Shown here: positions 51,064 to 60,881 of the stretch, piece by piece
Layout of the letters: every line of letters starts with the position of its first letter
How positions within the stretch are numbered: the stretch's first letter is position 1
DNA from: an uncultured Acidobacteriota bacterium
GTDB lineage: Bacteria > Acidobacteriota > UBA6911
Reading direction: 5' to 3'
DNA length: 64,000 nt
NCBI GenBank assembly: GCA_963827655.1
Contig: CAWHCF010000007.1
Location: 1 to 64,000 of the forward strand
Translations under genes and position numbers: made by a program
Notes under the pieces: generated by a model
The model's input: only the letters and a program-made list of their open reading frames with translations
Databases searched by the model: none
What the model was told of the DNA's origin: nothing

Positions 51064-51663
51064 TTAAGCCTGATGCTCGGGATGGGTACACCCTTTGAAC
51101 TCTTTGAGGTAGGCGTTTCCCTGGTAGCGTAGATCCTTGTGGATGCCGATTTCCGAAGTATAGTAGCCGTCAATCGTCAGGTTCTTGATTCTCCGGAAGA
51201 AGCTTTCAGCGGCACTTTTGGGTTGGCGCTCATTCTTGCTGATCTCCTTGAGCAGCGCGATCTGCTGCTCCGGAGTCGCGCTGCGAAAATTTGTCGAGCA
51301 GTCACGCTGGCTTTTCTCGTCGATCGCCTTGAGTCCCTCGCGCCAGGCGGCCTTGACCTCGTCGGACGACTCGCTCACCATCAAGTCTATGAATTCGGGG
51401 ACACCTGCTTCCTTTGCGCCCGGAGATCGCTCGTCGGTGGGGATGACAAGATCGGAAATGATCGTGATGGTTGCCAGCTCCTCGGCAGTGAAGAACTTGG
51501 GCCGCGATTTCTCGGCCTTTGCCTCCTGAGGCGCGCCGCGGTGCGCATGCTCCCGCGCGAGCGCGGACCTGTCGACAATCTGGAGGGTGCCGGCCGTTCC
51601 AACACCCACCGCAATTACTTTCAACGCCTGCCGGCGGCTGACGGCATCCTTTTCGTCTGGCAT
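51064..51663 (-). CDS. Gluconate 2-dehydrogenase subunit 3 family protein, Tat signal
   Basis: SRRQAL; FFT.EE...IP.DE..PGA.EAGVPEFID; T..GYYTSEIG. Confidence 0.88.
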   Translation of the reverse strand: MPDEKDAVSRRQALKVIAVGVGTAGTLQIVDRSALAREHAHRGAPQEAKAEKSRPKFFTAEELATITIISDLVIPTDERSPGAKEAGVPEFIDLMVSESSDEVKAAWREGLKAIDEKSQRDCSTNFRSATPEQQIALLKEISKNERQPKSAAESFFRRIKNLTIDGYYTSEIGIHKDLRYQGNAYLKEFKGCTHPEHQA

Positions 51664-51721
51664 TTTCCGAATCTCCGTCGATCAGTAGCGACATTATTGG
51701 GTTAACAGGGGGAAAAAGCAA

Positions 51722-51791
51722 GATTGCAGATTGGTCGAAGACCCGGCTGCCAGATCCAATCTGCAATCCGAAATCCGCAATCCGCAATCGG
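51722..51791. repeat. Inverted heptamer tandem repeats (GATTGCA / AATCCGC)
   Basis: gattgcagattgg ... ccaatctgcaatccgaaatccgcaatccgcaatc. Confidence 0.75.
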
Positions 51792-51870
51792 ATGTGTCTT
51801 GATTCAGTTCGGATCCCTGTATTATCGTGTTTCGAAACCGACTCTCACCTTAGAAAGGCGCGAGGTCACA

Positions 51871-53574
51871 GTGGCACAAGACAAATCGAAAAAAACTTAC
51901 GACGCTCTCATTATCGGGTCAGGAGCTTCCGGAGGATTAGCGGCCAAGGAACTGACCGAGCGTGGCTTCGAAGTGCTCGTGCTCGAAGCCGGACCTCCTG
52001 TGGACCCGGCCAGGGATTTTTCGATGCACAGCTGGCCTTACGAAGACATGTATCGCGGCTTCGGTCCGCCGGGCTGGAAGGAACGCGAACAGTGGATGCA
52101 GAACACGGCATCGCACTTCAGCCGTCACTTCTACGTGAACGATACCGAGCATCCCTACACAACCGAACCTGGAAAACCGTTTCACTGGATCCGGGCGCGC
52201 ATTGTCGGCGGGAAGACCCTGCATTGGGGGAGGCTCTCGTGGCGGATCGGCGACATTGACTTCAAGGCGGCCAGCACCGACGGCTTCGACGTCGACTGGC
52301 CGATCCGCTACGCCGATCTCGAACCCTATTACGATCGCGTCGAGGAGTTCATCGGGGTCGCCGGGAACAGGGATGGGCTCGAATACCTGCCCGACGGCAA
52401 GTTCCTCCCTCCGATGAATCTCACCTGCGGCGAGCAGCTGCTGAAGAAAGGCGCGGAAAAGACCGGACGGAAGGCGATCGTCGCTCGCGTGTCGATGCTT
52501 ACGAGACCGCACAAGGGCCGGGCGCCCTGCCACTATTGCGGCCACTGCGGTGAAGGGTGCGATGTCGGCGCGATGTTCAGTTCCGTGGCTTCGACGCTTC
52601 CGGCGGCACAGGCGACCGGCCGGATGACGCTTCGGCCTAATTCAGTGGTGCGGCACATTATTACCGACACAAAAACCGGCCTGGCTAAAGGCGTGGCGTT
52701 TGTCGATCGAGTCACCTACCAGGAGCAAGAGGCGTTCGCCCGGGTGATTGTCGTCGCTGCTTCAACGCTCGAGTCCACTCGCATTCTCTTCAATTCGAAA
52801 ACCCGGCAGCACCCCAACGGGCTCGGCAACTCTTCGGGCGTCCTGGGGCACTATCTGGTGGATCATTGGGGCGGGATCGGCGCCTCGGGCTTCTTCCCGG
52901 TACTGATGAGCCGCGACCCGAAACCGGAATATTGCGACGGAAAAGCAACCGGGCTCTTCATTCCCCGCTTCGTCAACCTCAACAAGGAAACGAAACATCC
53001 CGATTTCCTTCGCGGATTCGGCTTCGAGTGCTCTTCGGCTATCGGTCGCTTTCCCGGCGCAGCCCGCAGCGTTCCCGGCTTCGGTCCTGAATTCAAGAAG
53101 CAGGTGCGCCGGTATTACTCCGCGCCGGTCGGGATGACGACGCGCGCCAACATGTTGTCCCGGTTCGAAAACTTCGTCGAAATCGACCCGGACGGCGTTG
53201 TCGATGCCTGGGGGATTCCGGTCATACGAATCCACATTCAGCACTCGGACAACGAGCGCAAGATGGCCAAGTATGCCGCCGAAACCAGCGAAGAGATCCT
53301 GCGCGCGGCGGGCGCCGAGGTCGTCTCGACCGGAGGGGAAATGACGGCGCCGGGAAAAATCATACACGAGCTAGGCACGGCGCGGATGGGAGATGATCCG
53401 AAAAAGTCCGTGCTCAACAAGTTCAACCAGGTGCATGATGTGAAGAACGTGTTCGTGACTGACGGCGCTGCCTTCGTCAACTCAGCCAACCAGAACCCGA
53501 CCATCACTATCATGGCGCTCACTACCCGCGCGTGTGACTACATAACCGAAGAACGCAAGCGAGGAAACCTGTGA
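51871..53574 (+). CDS. GMC family FAD oxidoreductase
   Basis: IIGSGASGG, GGKTLHWGR, DWPI.Y.DLEPYY, HELGTARMG, VTDGA, NPT.TIMAL. Confidence 0.93.
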   Translation: MAQDKSKKTYDALIIGSGASGGLAAKELTERGFEVLVLEAGPPVDPARDFSMHSWPYEDMYRGFGPPGWKEREQWMQNTASHFSRHFYVNDTEHPYTTEPGKPFHWIRARIVGGKTLHWGRLSWRIGDIDFKAASTDGFDVDWPIRYADLEPYYDRVEEFIGVAGNRDGLEYLPDGKFLPPMNLTCGEQLLKKGAEKTGRKAIVARVSMLTRPHKGRAPCHYCGHCGEGCDVGAMFSSVASTLPAAQATGRMTLRPNSVVRHIITDTKTGLAKGVAFVDRVTYQEQEAFARVIVVAASTLESTRILFNSKTRQHPNGLGNSSGVLGHYLVDHWGGIGASGFFPVLMSRDPKPEYCDGKATGLFIPRFVNLNKETKHPDFLRGFGFECSSAIGRFPGAARSVPGFGPEFKKQVRRYYSAPVGMTTRANMLSRFENFVEIDPDGVVDAWGIPVIRIHIQHSDNERKMAKYAAETSEEILRAAGAEVVSTGGEMTAPGKIIHELGTARMGDDPKKSVLNKFNQVHDVKNVFVTDGAAFVNSANQNPTITIMALTTRACDYITEERKRGNL

Positions 53575-53643
53575 GCCGAGTCTGCTCTGCTACCTGAACG
53601 CGAAGGCGCGAAGTGGGTTACCTTGATACGAGGAGACGCTCGA

Positions 53644-54339
53644 ATGTTTAACCAGAAGGAAACGGCCTCTTCCACTTCAGCGAAAGATGCGCCTGCGCCT
53701 CAACCGTCTCGCAAGCTTTATTCCATGGCCGGCCTCCTGCGCCAGGGCAGGTTCGAGGGTGATTTCAACGCCCAGGGGGAGAAGTACCGGTTCACGTTCG
53801 CGCCGCGGGAGGCGACGATCTCCAACCGGAAGCTGGAACTTTCCGGAAGCCTGAGCGTTCAAGGACCGCGCGGCACAACCCGCACGGCGAAAAAAGTTGT
53901 GGCGCGGCTGGCGGCTACTCAGGGCGGAATCGGCGGCTCACCGGCTCGCCGCCAGCTCATCACAGGAACCACCGGGGCTTCCACTGTGTCGACGGCAGAC
54001 CAGCAGCAGGAGCAGGCCAAAGCTCCCGAGCTTGGCCCAGGGTCGGATAACACACGCGCCACCGCGATCACCTCCCTGCCAATTACGGAATCGACCGGCC
54101 GGCTCGGTTTCGTCGCCGTCCTGTATCTGCGGATGCAGTCGCTCGACGGAACTGCGCTCGGCGTTCCCCTCGACCTCAAGAACGTTCAGCTCAACGCCCG
54201 GCTTGCCCCCGACAACGATCGCGATCGCGACCTCCTCTGGACATACTCCGACCTGGTCGCGGCGCTCGCCGGCGAGAAACCCGACGGGGCCGAGGCCAAG
54301 AAGCTGCTGGCGGAGCTGAATCGAGCGCTCGCCGGTTAG
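53644..54339 (+). CDS. Hypothetical protein
   Basis: 231-aa ORF with GAGGAG RBS and typical codon usage; no recognised motif. Confidence 0.6.
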   Translation: MFNQKETASSTSAKDAPAPQPSRKLYSMAGLLRQGRFEGDFNAQGEKYRFTFAPREATISNRKLELSGSLSVQGPRGTTRTAKKVVARLAATQGGIGGSPARRQLITGTTGASTVSTADQQQEQAKAPELGPGSDNTRATAITSLPITESTGRLGFVAVLYLRMQSLDGTALGVPLDLKNVQLNARLAPDNDRDRDLLWTYSDLVAALAGEKPDGAEAKKLLAELNRALAG

Positions 54340-54348
54340 CTCCTGCTG

Positions 54349-54583
54349 AGGGTTCGCGCAGAAATAAGTTCGCATTCTGCTGCAGGCCCCCAGGCCCGCT
54401 GGCGAGGCGCGAGCGACGATGCGTACCCGGTGCGGTACGTGAGAAGCGAGCAACAAAGCCAGCGGGCCTGCGGGCCGCAGCCCGAAGGGGCGCGATCCTG
54501 AGCGTGCGCAGCTAACAGAAAGCGGTTCATGATTGACCACCGACTGTCGCGCCAGAATGTGAAGTTATTTCTGCGCGAGCCCT
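54349..54583. mobile_element. MITE-like element, 235 bp, ~31-bp imperfect terminal inverted repeats
   Basis: agggttcgcgcagaaataagttcgcattctg / cagaatgtgaagttatttctgcgcgagccct (3 mismatches); internal IR caggcccgctggc/gccagcgggcctg; ends CTGAG/CTAAG. Confidence 0.75.
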
Positions 54584-55133
54584 AAGAATCCAGGATTGCC
54601 TCAGCATCGATGGTGATGTCCACCTCGTCGCCGACAACGATTCCACCCCGATCCAGCGTCGCATTCCAACTGACCCCGAAGTCATGTCGATTGATCTGCG
54701 TCGTGGCTACAAAGCCGGCACGAATTTTGGGACCCTTGTCAACGCCATCTTCCCACCAGGGGGTTTGCCACTGCCCCAGATAGCACACATCCAACTTCAC
54801 CTGGCGACGAATTCCCCGGATTGTCAGTTCCCCGGTCAGGGTGTAATCATGACTGCCTCGGACCTCGACTTCTCGGCCCGCGAAAGTGATTTCTGGGTAG
54901 GCTTCCACATCCAGGAAGTCCGCGCTCTTAAGATGGTTATCCCGGTCGGGTTCTCCGGTCCAAATTCCCCTGGCGTCGATGATTAGTTCGACCGAAGCCT
55001 GGCGCGGATTCTCCGGATCGAATTCCAGCGTACCGCGGACATTTTTGAAGTGTCCACGGACATACGTGACCATCATATGTCGCACACAGAACTCAGCGGC
55101 CGTGTGCCCGGGCTCAAAAGTCCATTTCGCCAT
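54582..55133 (-). CDS. YceI family protein
   Basis: HT..EF.VRHMMVT.VRG.F, RDNHLKSADFLDVE.YPEITF, GELTIRG, INRHDFG.SWN. Confidence 0.93.
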   Translation of the reverse strand: MAKWTFEPGHTAAEFCVRHMMVTYVRGHFKNVRGTLEFDPENPRQASVELIIDARGIWTGEPDRDNHLKSADFLDVEAYPEITFAGREVEVRGSHDYTLTGELTIRGIRRQVKLDVCYLGQWQTPWWEDGVDKGPKIRAGFVATTQINRHDFGVSWNATLDRGGIVVGDEVDITIDAEAILDS

Positions 55134-55287
55134 GGTCGCGCCTCCTTGCGGTTGGTCACGGATCAGTAATTCCTGAGAGACTTCCGGTCGTTCTTCGCAT
55201 CCTAATCTCACATATTCACCGCGAAGACTCGAAGACCAGGAAGAAGCCTACGCGGGCCGGCGTCCGAGCGCAAGGCGAACCCGAGCG

Positions 55288-56292
55288 TCAGGAACCTTGC
55301 GGCGAAAGATTCACACGGAGCCCACGCGCCCCCTTGAGCGCCTTCTGGTAAACCGCGACGGCTGCGGCCGCGTCCTGTAAAGCCGTTCCGGTGCTGTCGA
55401 AGATGATGACTTCCTCCTCGGACTCGCGTCCTGGTTTCTGCCCGTCGACTACCTCGCCAAGTTCTGCGTGAACGTCCCCCTTGCCGACATATCCCCGGAT
55501 CAGCGCGTGATGAAGTTCACCCATGGTGGCGCACTGTTCCAGGACGTCGACCACCACCTTGGTCGAAGCCAATAGAGCCGGGTCGAGCTCCTGCTTCTCG
55601 GGACTGTCGGCTCCGACCGCTGCCACAAAGGTCCCCGCGGCTACGTATTCCTTTTTCACAAACGGGTGTCTGGAGGGCGTGCACGTGACACAGATCTGGC
55701 TCAGTCCGATCGCCTCAACCGGATCCGCCACAGGCGTCACTTCGACCTGGAGCTCGGTGGAAAGTTCAGCCGCAAATTGTTCGGCCTGTTTCCGGTCGGT
55801 GTCAAAGGCAAAGATCTTTTCAATAGGGCGCACCCTCTTGAGCGCCCGAGCATGAATCCGGCCCTGGTTTCCGCAGCCACATATCGTCGCGATCCTCGAG
55901 TTCGACCGTGCCAGGTATTTGGCCGCCACGGCCGTCGCCGCTCCGGTCCGTCTTATGGTGATCTCGATAGAGTCCATGATCGCCAGCGGATAACCGGTTT
56001 CCCCGTCGCACAGCAGAATGACACCTTGAATGTTGGGCAAGCCGAAACGCCCGGAATTCCCGAAGAAGTTCGCGTTGGCCTTGGCGGCAAAGTAGGTTCT
56101 GTCCACGGTTATAAGAGCGGACTTGATGTGGAACATCCCTCCCTCCGACTTTACGTGGACCACATCAGGGAGCGATACCTTTCCCTGAGCGCTCAGCCGG
56201 AAAGCTTGTTCGACGACCGCGATCGACTCATCGAGGGTCAACAATTCCGCAATTTCATTTCCGTCAAGCAGAAGCGTGCCTTCGGGTTTCAT
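55288..56292 (-). CDS. Ornithine cyclodeaminase / mu-crystallin family protein
   Basis: IT.RRTGAA.AVAAKYLAR, GCGNQG, AVGAD...K.EL, FDSTG.A.QD. Confidence 0.92.
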   Translation of the reverse strand: MKPEGTLLLDGNEIAELLTLDESIAVVEQAFRLSAQGKVSLPDVVHVKSEGGMFHIKSALITVDRTYFAAKANANFFGNSGRFGLPNIQGVILLCDGETGYPLAIMDSIEITIRRTGAATAVAAKYLARSNSRIATICGCGNQGRIHARALKRVRPIEKIFAFDTDRKQAEQFAAELSTELQVEVTPVADPVEAIGLSQICVTCTPSRHPFVKKEYVAAGTFVAAVGADSPEKQELDPALLASTKVVVDVLEQCATMGELHHALIRGYVGKGDVHAELGEVVDGQKPGRESEEEVIIFDSTGTALQDAAAAVAVYQKALKGARGLRVNLSPQGS

Positions 56293-56322
56293 CCGGCGTT
56301 CTCTCAGGAAGGATTATCAAAA

Positions 56323-56350
56323 TTACAATTGTGATAATATCATCTTGTAA
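56323..56350. promoter_or_regulatory. Imperfect palindrome upstream of chrB (candidate operator)
   Basis: TTACAA-ttg-TGATA-a-TATCA-tc-TTGTAA in an AT-rich divergent intergenic region. Confidence 0.45.
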
Positions 56351-56409
56351 AAATATAGCAACTGTACTATTACTTAGCCGGTCTGAGACAAGAGAGAGGT
56401 GTGGTGGGG

Positions 56410-57378
56410 ATGGGATCCGGAGGACGATGGCTTCTGTTACTCCACCAGATTCCTCCGAAACCGGCCTACCTTCGCGCCAAGGTGCTTCGCAGACTGAATC
56501 AGCTCGGCGCGCTGGCGGTAAAGAACTCCGCCTATATGCTTCCGTCGAATGACGAGACTCTCGAGGATTTCCAGTGGCTGCGCCGCGAAATCGAAGAACA
56601 GGGGGCTGAGGCGTGGCTCTTCGCGACGGATGCCCTCTCGGGGCTCTCCGACCAGTCCATCCGCGAAGCCTTCCGGGCCCTCCGCGCCCCCGATTACGCC
56701 GAGTTGATCGAATCAGGTCACCGGCTGCTGAACGAGATACGAATCAGTCGCGACAGCAGCTCTGCGACCCGCCCGGAAAACAGCCACGAAGATGAATGGC
56801 GCAAAATCAGGCGCCGCCACGCGGAAGTCCGCCGCATTGACTTTTTTGACGCTCCTGGAAGCGAACAAATGGAGGTTCTGATGAATTCAATCGACCGCAT
56901 TCTGCATGATTCGTCCAAAGTATCCTTCTCCAAGCCGTCCCTGGCCGAAGTCAAGGGGCGCACCTGGGTGACCCGGCGTGGAGTCAAGGTCGATCGAATC
57001 GCATCGGCCTGGCTTATCCGCCGCTGCATCGACCCGGCGGCCCGGTTTGTGTTTGTCGATCCGGCAAACTACAGCCACGCCACCGGGGAGATCCGGTTTG
57101 ACATGTTTGAAGGAGAATTCACGCATGATGGGGATCTGTGCACGTTCGAGGTGCTTCTGGGATGGAGTGCCAATGACGATCCGGCGCTCCGCAGGGTCGC
57201 AGAGGTGGTTCACGACATAGATCTTAAAGACGGCAAGTACCAGCGCCCTGAGGCGGCCGGGATCGCGTCTGTCATCGAGGGCATCGCCCTTCGCCACTCG
57301 GATGATTCGCGCCGCCTCGAGGAAGGGGCCACCCTTTTTGAAGCCCTCTACACCCGCGCGCGGACCGAACATCCTTAG
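56410..57378 (+). CDS. chrB: Chromate resistance regulator ChrB
   Basis: WLLLLHQIP...[46 protein letters not shown]. Confidence 0.9.
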   Translation: MGSGGRWLLLLHQIPPKPAYLRAKVLRRLNQLGALAVKNSAYMLPSNDETLEDFQWLRREIEEQGAEAWLFATDALSGLSDQSIREAFRALRAPDYAELIESGHRLLNEIRISRDSSSATRPENSHEDEWRKIRRRHAEVRRIDFFDAPGSEQMEVLMNSIDRILHDSSKVSFSKPSLAEVKGRTWVTRRGVKVDRIASAWLIRRCIDPAARFVFVDPANYSHATGEIRFDMFEGEFTHDGDLCTFEVLLGWSANDDPALRRVAEVVHDIDLKDGKYQRPEAAGIASVIEGIALRHSDDSRRLEEGATLFEALYTRARTEHP

Positions 57379-57449
57379 CGCCTTTGGGTCTTCGCGGTAG
57401 AGGCTCGGCAACCCACTCGCCAGGACGCAAGACGAAAGAGCAAACCGCC

Positions 57450-58826
57450 TTGGATCAACGGAGAGTTTCATTTCGCGAAGCGCTTCGATTCTGGATCAAG
57501 CTGGGATTCATTTCATTTGGCGGACCGGCGGGGCAGATTTCGATCATGCATCGAGAGCTGGTCGAGCGGCGCCGCTGGCTGAGTGAAGATCGATTTCTTC
57601 ATGCGCTCAGCTACTGCATGTTGTTGCCCGGTCCTGAAGCTCAACAACTCGCGATTTATATCGGCTGGCTACTGCACCGGGTCCCCGGCGGTATCGTGGC
57701 CGGATCGCTCTTCGTCATCCCCTCGATCTTCATCCTCCTGGCGCTCTCCTACGCCTACGCGGCCTTCGGCAATCTTCCCCTGGTAGCCGGCGTGCTGGCC
57801 GGCTTCAAGCCGGTCGTAGTCGCCATCATCGTCGAAGCAGTGATCAAGATAGGCAGACGCGCGTTGACCCACGGCGTGCACTATGCCATGGCCGCCCTCA
57901 TGTTCATCGCCATGTATAACCAGATTCTTCCATTTCCGATGATCGTGGTGATCGGCGCCGTTACTGGAATCCTTGGGACGTGGTATCGGCCGAAGCTCTT
58001 CAGCGCAGCCTCGGGCAAGTCCGGAGCCGGCAAGGAAAGTTCGAGCCCGGGGAAGGCTGCGAATTCTTCAGTCGTTTCCGGCACCGGGGGCGCCGTCTTC
58101 GCAATCGGGGACGATTCGCCTCCTCCCGGCCACACGCTTCCCTCAGCGGCCCGCTTCTGGCGGACGCTTGGCGCCGGAATTGTCCTATGGTTGATCCCTT
58201 TTTCGTTCCTGATCGCGTGCTTCGGGTGGGAAAGTCTCTTTACTCGGCAATACCGATTCTTCACTCAGGCCGCCCTGGTCACCTTTGGTGGAGCGTATGC
58301 CGTCCTGGCCTACGTCACCCAGATCGCTACGAACGATTTTGGCTGGATTTCATCGACGCAGGCGATGGACGGCCTGGCGCTGGCGGAGACGACGCCGGGA
58401 CCGCTGATCATGGTATTGCAGTTCGTTGGCTTCATGGCGGGTTGGAACAATCCCGAGCACACGGCTCGCGTCTGGAGCGCCACGCTCGGCGCGCTGGTAA
58501 CCACATACGCAACTTTTCTCCCTTGCTTTATTTTCATCTTCCTGGGGGGTCCCTATGTTGAGGTGTTTCGGGCGCACAAGGTCCTGAACGGGGCGCTCGC
58601 GGGAATTATGGCATCGGTGGTCGGCGCTATCGCGAATCTGGGGCTGATGTTCGCAGTTGCCGTCATCTGGCCGAACGGCCTGGGCGCAGGGACGAACTGG
58701 ACCGGCATCTCAATGAGCGTTGCGGCTTTTCTGGCGCTTTATCGATTCAAGGCCGATGTCGTCTGGATCATCCTGGCAGGCGGCGCAATCGGATTGGGAC
58801 TTGGCGTCTGGGAATCTTCGCGCTAG
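57450..58826 (+). CDS. chrA: Chromate efflux transporter ChrA (long-chain CHR)
   Basis: [43 protein letters not shown]; start uncertain (TTG 57450). Confidence 0.93.
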   Translation: MDQRRVSFREALRFWIKLGFISFGGPAGQISIMHRELVERRRWLSEDRFLHALSYCMLLPGPEAQQLAIYIGWLLHRVPGGIVAGSLFVIPSIFILLALSYAYAAFGNLPLVAGVLAGFKPVVVAIIVEAVIKIGRRALTHGVHYAMAALMFIAMYNQILPFPMIVVIGAVTGILGTWYRPKLFSAASGKSGAGKESSSPGKAANSSVVSGTGGAVFAIGDDSPPPGHTLPSAARFWRTLGAGIVLWLIPFSFLIACFGWESLFTRQYRFFTQAALVTFGGAYAVLAYVTQIATNDFGWISSTQAMDGLALAETTPGPLIMVLQFVGFMAGWNNPEHTARVWSATLGALVTTYATFLPCFIFIFLGGPYVEVFRAHKVLNGALAGIMASVVGAIANLGLMFAVAVIWPNGLGAGTNWTGISMSVAAFLALYRFKADVVWIILAGGAIGLGLGVWESSR

Positions 58827-58862
58827 CGGGATGGTGATGGAAGTGCGCCCGGGAAACCACGC

Positions 58863-59703
58863 TTATTGCTCGGTGATTTCCACGTCCAGGTATAGATCGC
58901 CCCGATTGCCGCCGGGGCGCTCTTCCCCTTTGCCGCGCAGCCGCAGCTTTGTCCCCGAACGCACGCCGGGGGGGATGGTGACGGTGAATTTCTCCACCCC
59001 GCTGGTTCGCTCCAGCGTGACTCGTTTGTGCCCGCCTTGCTGCGCCTCCGCCCGCGACAGCGCAAGCGGCAGAACGATGTCGTCCCGGGCCTCAGCGGCG
59101 GGAGCAAGAACGGGCGGAAGCCCAATCAGCCATTTCCCCAGACGCCTGAGCCCTGCCAGAATTCCCCCTCCAGGGGGAAGCGCGCGGGTCTGGGCAGCCT
59201 CGACCGATGCGCCATTTCGCGCGCCGCGCACCGCCGCGCGAGCCATCTTGAAAACGGTATTAAGAGGAGTAAAAGGTGTGACCACGAAAATCCCGCCGGT
59301 AACCACGGTCCGTCCGCCAAAAAGAGTCCGGTGGAAGTGTTGGCGATCCACTCGCATCCCCATGCGTTCGAACTCGCGTGTCAACTCGTCGAATACGGCA
59401 CTCGCCCTCGCATTGGCAAACAGTTCGCGGAAGAGATCCTCACGGTTCTGCTGAAAACCAGCCGGCCCTCCCGCGTGCCACGCATGATCGTACTGCCGCC
59501 GTTTCCCAGGGTCGATCAGAACCGCGTACGCTTCGCTTATTTCCTGGAAACGCTGGGTGGCGTCCGAGACTTCCAGGATTGCGATCGGGATGCCACCGGA
59601 TCGCCAACCGTCGGTAGGCTTTCCGGATTTCTTCTTCATTGGCGTCCGGGCGCACGCCCAAGGTCCCATAGTAGTCTCTGTTGAATCGATCTCGCGCCGG
59701 CAT
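58863..59703 (-). CDS. DnaJ/CbpA-like J-domain protein; apparent +1 frameshift near 59567
   Basis: [28 protein letters not shown], then [18 protein letters not shown]; C-terminal [21 protein letters not shown]. Confidence 0.85.
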
Positions 59704-59756
59704 TAACTCACCTGAAACAGGATTTTAACCGAAAAGTAACGGAGGTCCCATGATTA

Positions 59757-60734
59757 TTACCGCAGCGCCAGGACCGGGTCGGGACCGGCTCCCGCCGCGG
59801 TTTTGATCTCGCGCACCACCTTCCGGTCCTTTATCGAGATGACGTAGACGATGTCGATATCCTGAGCGGACGCGAAGGCGAGCTGCCCGTCCGGAGATAT
59901 CGACAGCGAGACCGGACTTCCGCCGAGCGATACCTTGCCTAGAACCTTGCGAGTAGCAGCGTCGGCGAACTCCACCGCGTTCTCGTGCATAAGAGCAAAC
60001 ACCACCAGGCGGCTGTCAGGCGTGAGCGCGACTCTCACGGGACCCTTGCCGGTCTTGATACGGTCGACGGCCTCCTTCTTGACCGTATCAATGATCGTGA
60101 TCTGTTCCGCCTCCCGGTTTACGACATACAAGAGCTGGCCGTCCTTGGAAAGGGCGCTCCCCTCCGGCCGCGTTCCGGTGGGAATCGGCTTTACGGCGCC
60201 GCTGGAAAGGTCGAGAGCGGAAACATTGGAAGAACTGCTGTTGCTTACGAAAGCCCAGCGGCCGTCGCGCGCTATCGTTACCATATGGGACGTTTTCCCT
60301 TTGGTATCGTAGTTTCCGATGACGGCGCGCTTGGCAGGATCGATTACCAGCAGCTGGTCCGGCAGTTCGCAACTCACCAGCAGGTTTCCGGTTTTGCGAT
60401 CGAGATCGATGCCGTGCGGCCGCCGGTATTTGCCCGTGGAGATCTCTCCGACCTTTTTCCGGCCGAGAACGTCAATAATCGAGACCGTGTTGCCGCCGGT
60501 CCCCTCCTGTTCGATTTTCATGGTGCCGTTGTCGGTCGTGTATACGTACCGCCCATCGGAAGACAGGACCATTTCATGCGGGTGGGCGCCTACCGGCACA
60601 CTAGCCAGCAGTTTCCCATCGTTCGTGTAGAAACCGAGCGAGCTGCTCCCTTTGTGAAGTATCAGGAGTTCGGCATCCTGGGCCTGCAGAGAGACTGCCG
60701 CGATCACAAGCGCAAGGAACAATCTGAGCGCCAT
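59757..60734 (-). CDS. YVTN/YncE-family beta-propeller, exported
   Basis: Signal peptide; repeated P.G..P...SxDG..YV motifs. Confidence 0.85.
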   Translation of the reverse strand: MALRLFLALVIAAVSLQAQDAELLILHKGSSSLGFYTNDGKLLASVPVGAHPHEMVLSSDGRYVYTTDNGTMKIEQEGTGGNTVSIIDVLGRKKVGEISTGKYRRPHGIDLDRKTGNLLVSCELPDQLLVIDPAKRAVIGNYDTKGKTSHMVTIARDGRWAFVSNSSSSNVSALDLSSGAVKPIPTGTRPEGSALSKDGQLLYVVNREAEQITIIDTVKKEAVDRIKTGKGPVRVALTPDSRLVVFALMHENAVEFADAATRKVLGKVSLGGSPVSLSISPDGQLAFASAQDIDIVYVISIKDRKVVREIKTAAGAGPDPVLALR

Positions 60735-60881
60735 CGATGTGCCTCCATGTGTCAGGCTATGGTTCCCAATTCAGAGGGGGCAAACCGACCCCGAATCCCC
60801 ATCCCGGAATTGGGAAAAGCGTAGCCTGACACCTTATCACGCTCGTGGTGGCTTTTGTGTTTTCGTGGTAGATTTTGATCT

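Noticed and set aside
50988-51173. N-terminal extension of the 456-aa FG-GAP ORF
   Set aside because: It overlaps the upstream gene and translates through an intergenic repeat copy.
60764-60815. tcccaattc...gaattggga inverted repeat upstream of hemN as a riboswitch
   Set aside because: Only a 9-bp IR with no recognisable riboswitch consensus.
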